Source: a virus
Lineage: Duplodnaviria > Heunggongvirae > Uroviricota > Caudoviricetes
Length of the DNA: 64,000 bases
Virus record (IMG/VR): IMGVR_UViG_3300001765_000297
Strand: one strand, 5' to 3'
The notes under the pieces were generated by a model. That model had not been told where the DNA came from, made no database searches, and worked only from the letters and a program-made list of their open reading frames with translations. Below, in pieces: positions 63,442 to 64,000 of the stretch. The stretch's first letter is position 1; every line of letters begins with the position of its first letter. Both the position numbers and the translations under genes were made by a program.

Positions 63442-64000
63442 TAGGCTTTTCTGATTTCAGTTAATTTTTTCTTACCAGTAAGCCACTTCTTAATTTCTTC
63501 AACAGTATACCAGCCAGCATTATTATCATCATCACTATAATTTATCCAGTACATGATATCGTATTTGGTATTGTGTTTCTTTTTCTGTTCTTCTCTGGCT
63601 TCCTTATCTTCATAATTAATCCACTTGGGACTGCAAGCCATAAAATAATGAAGACCATTATAACCGTTCTTATTACCATGCTTTGCAATGATTTTCTTCA
63701 TCCCAATTTTTTCTTCATAGTCTTCACGGTCAAAATACTCTTTATCTCCCATGTACATAGCATCAAGAGTTTCCTGTGGAATCCTATCAGTTATCATAAG
63801 ACAAAGACTTGAACCAGCAAATGGATTTTTTGCTCTGAGATTTGCGACTGCAATGGTAAGACGTTTTTCTTCAATGGCAGTCTTAAGTTCTTTAAGCCAT
63901 TCAACTTCTTTTTCACCCATGACTGCAACACCAAAACTTCCACCATCCCATGCGGTGATAATATTGTCTTTATCGCCTCTGGTATCGGGATGCTCGGCAT
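63441..64000 (-). CDS. hypothetical protein, 5' end beyond window (frame stays open upstream of Met 63920)
   Basis: reading frame of 63441..63920 has no stop between 63921 and 64000 (..AEHPDTRGDKDNIITAWDGGSFGVAVMGEK..). Confidence 0.45.
   Translation of the reverse strand, partial: AEHPDTRGDKDNIITAWDGGSFGVAVMGEKEVEWLKELKTAIEEKRLTIAVANLRAKNPFAGSSLCLMITDRIPQETLDAMYMGDKEYFDREDYEEKIGMKKIIAKHGNKNGYNGLHYFMACSPKWINYEDKEAREEQKKKHNTKYDIMYWINYSDDDNNAGWYTVEEIKKWLTGKKKLTEIRKA

Noticed and set aside
63794-64000. 68-aa minus ORF at the window edge
   Set aside because: It is the alternative frame over the 5' end of 63441..63920. The latter's own frame stays open to the window edge, so a single longer partial gene is more parsimonious.
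24728-64000. Plus-strand ORFs within the minus block other than 40178..41077 (e.g. 25381, 30657, 32622, 34740, 38322, 41348, 47150, 51913, 58077, 63573)
   Set aside because: All are antisense overlaps of longer, operon-consistent minus genes. Low-complexity hydrophobic translations typical of AT-rich antisense frames.
1-64000. CRISPR arrays, rRNA, tRNA genes, IS/transposase, integrase
   Set aside because: No regularly spaced direct repeats. No rRNA- or tRNA-like conserved blocks found by eye. No transposase, integrase or recombinase motifs among translated ORFs.

Overview
This window reads as part of a T4-like virulent phage genome with low GC (about one-third by eye). rIIA/rIIB, dda, frd (DHFR), pnk-kinase and RNA ligase homologues are all recognisable. 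A Bacteroidetes host is suggested by a TTTG-N19-TAnnTTTG host-type promoter and the absence of Shine-Dalgarno sequences.

Layout: a plus-strand block (895-24360) holds about 45 mostly small genes. A convergent terminator and C-rich repeat zone (24361-24727) follows, then a minus-strand block (24728-64000) of about 90 genes.

Most striking feature: a phage-encoded ECF-type sigma factor (895..1548). Its presumed cognate promoter, TGTAAC-N16/17-CGTATAA (sigmaW-like 'AAC'/'CGT' architecture), recurs dozens of times on both strands. The -35 element is usually embedded in the loop of the upstream intrinsic-terminator hairpin, and most copies are followed by a conserved 23-25 nt leader.

Other notable content:
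- two promoter-driven, ORF-free, GC-rich candidate structured RNAs (about 15966-16470 and 48420-48765)
- a three-copy small-RNA family with a conserved GUAGACUCCACCCUAC motif
- an RNA-repair module (Pnk kinase + HD phosphohydrolase + HNH-RNA ligase)
- a macrodomain / C5-MTase / membrane-protein operon
- a stand-alone DUF262 (GmrSD N-domain-like) protein
- an 831-aa polyvalent-type protein with an H-Y-E ADP-ribosyltransferase-like signature
- a peptide deformylase with a SEC-C tail
- an SPFH/band-7 protein
- an ABC-type ATPase

No rRNA, tRNA, CRISPR or structural (virion) genes were recognised.
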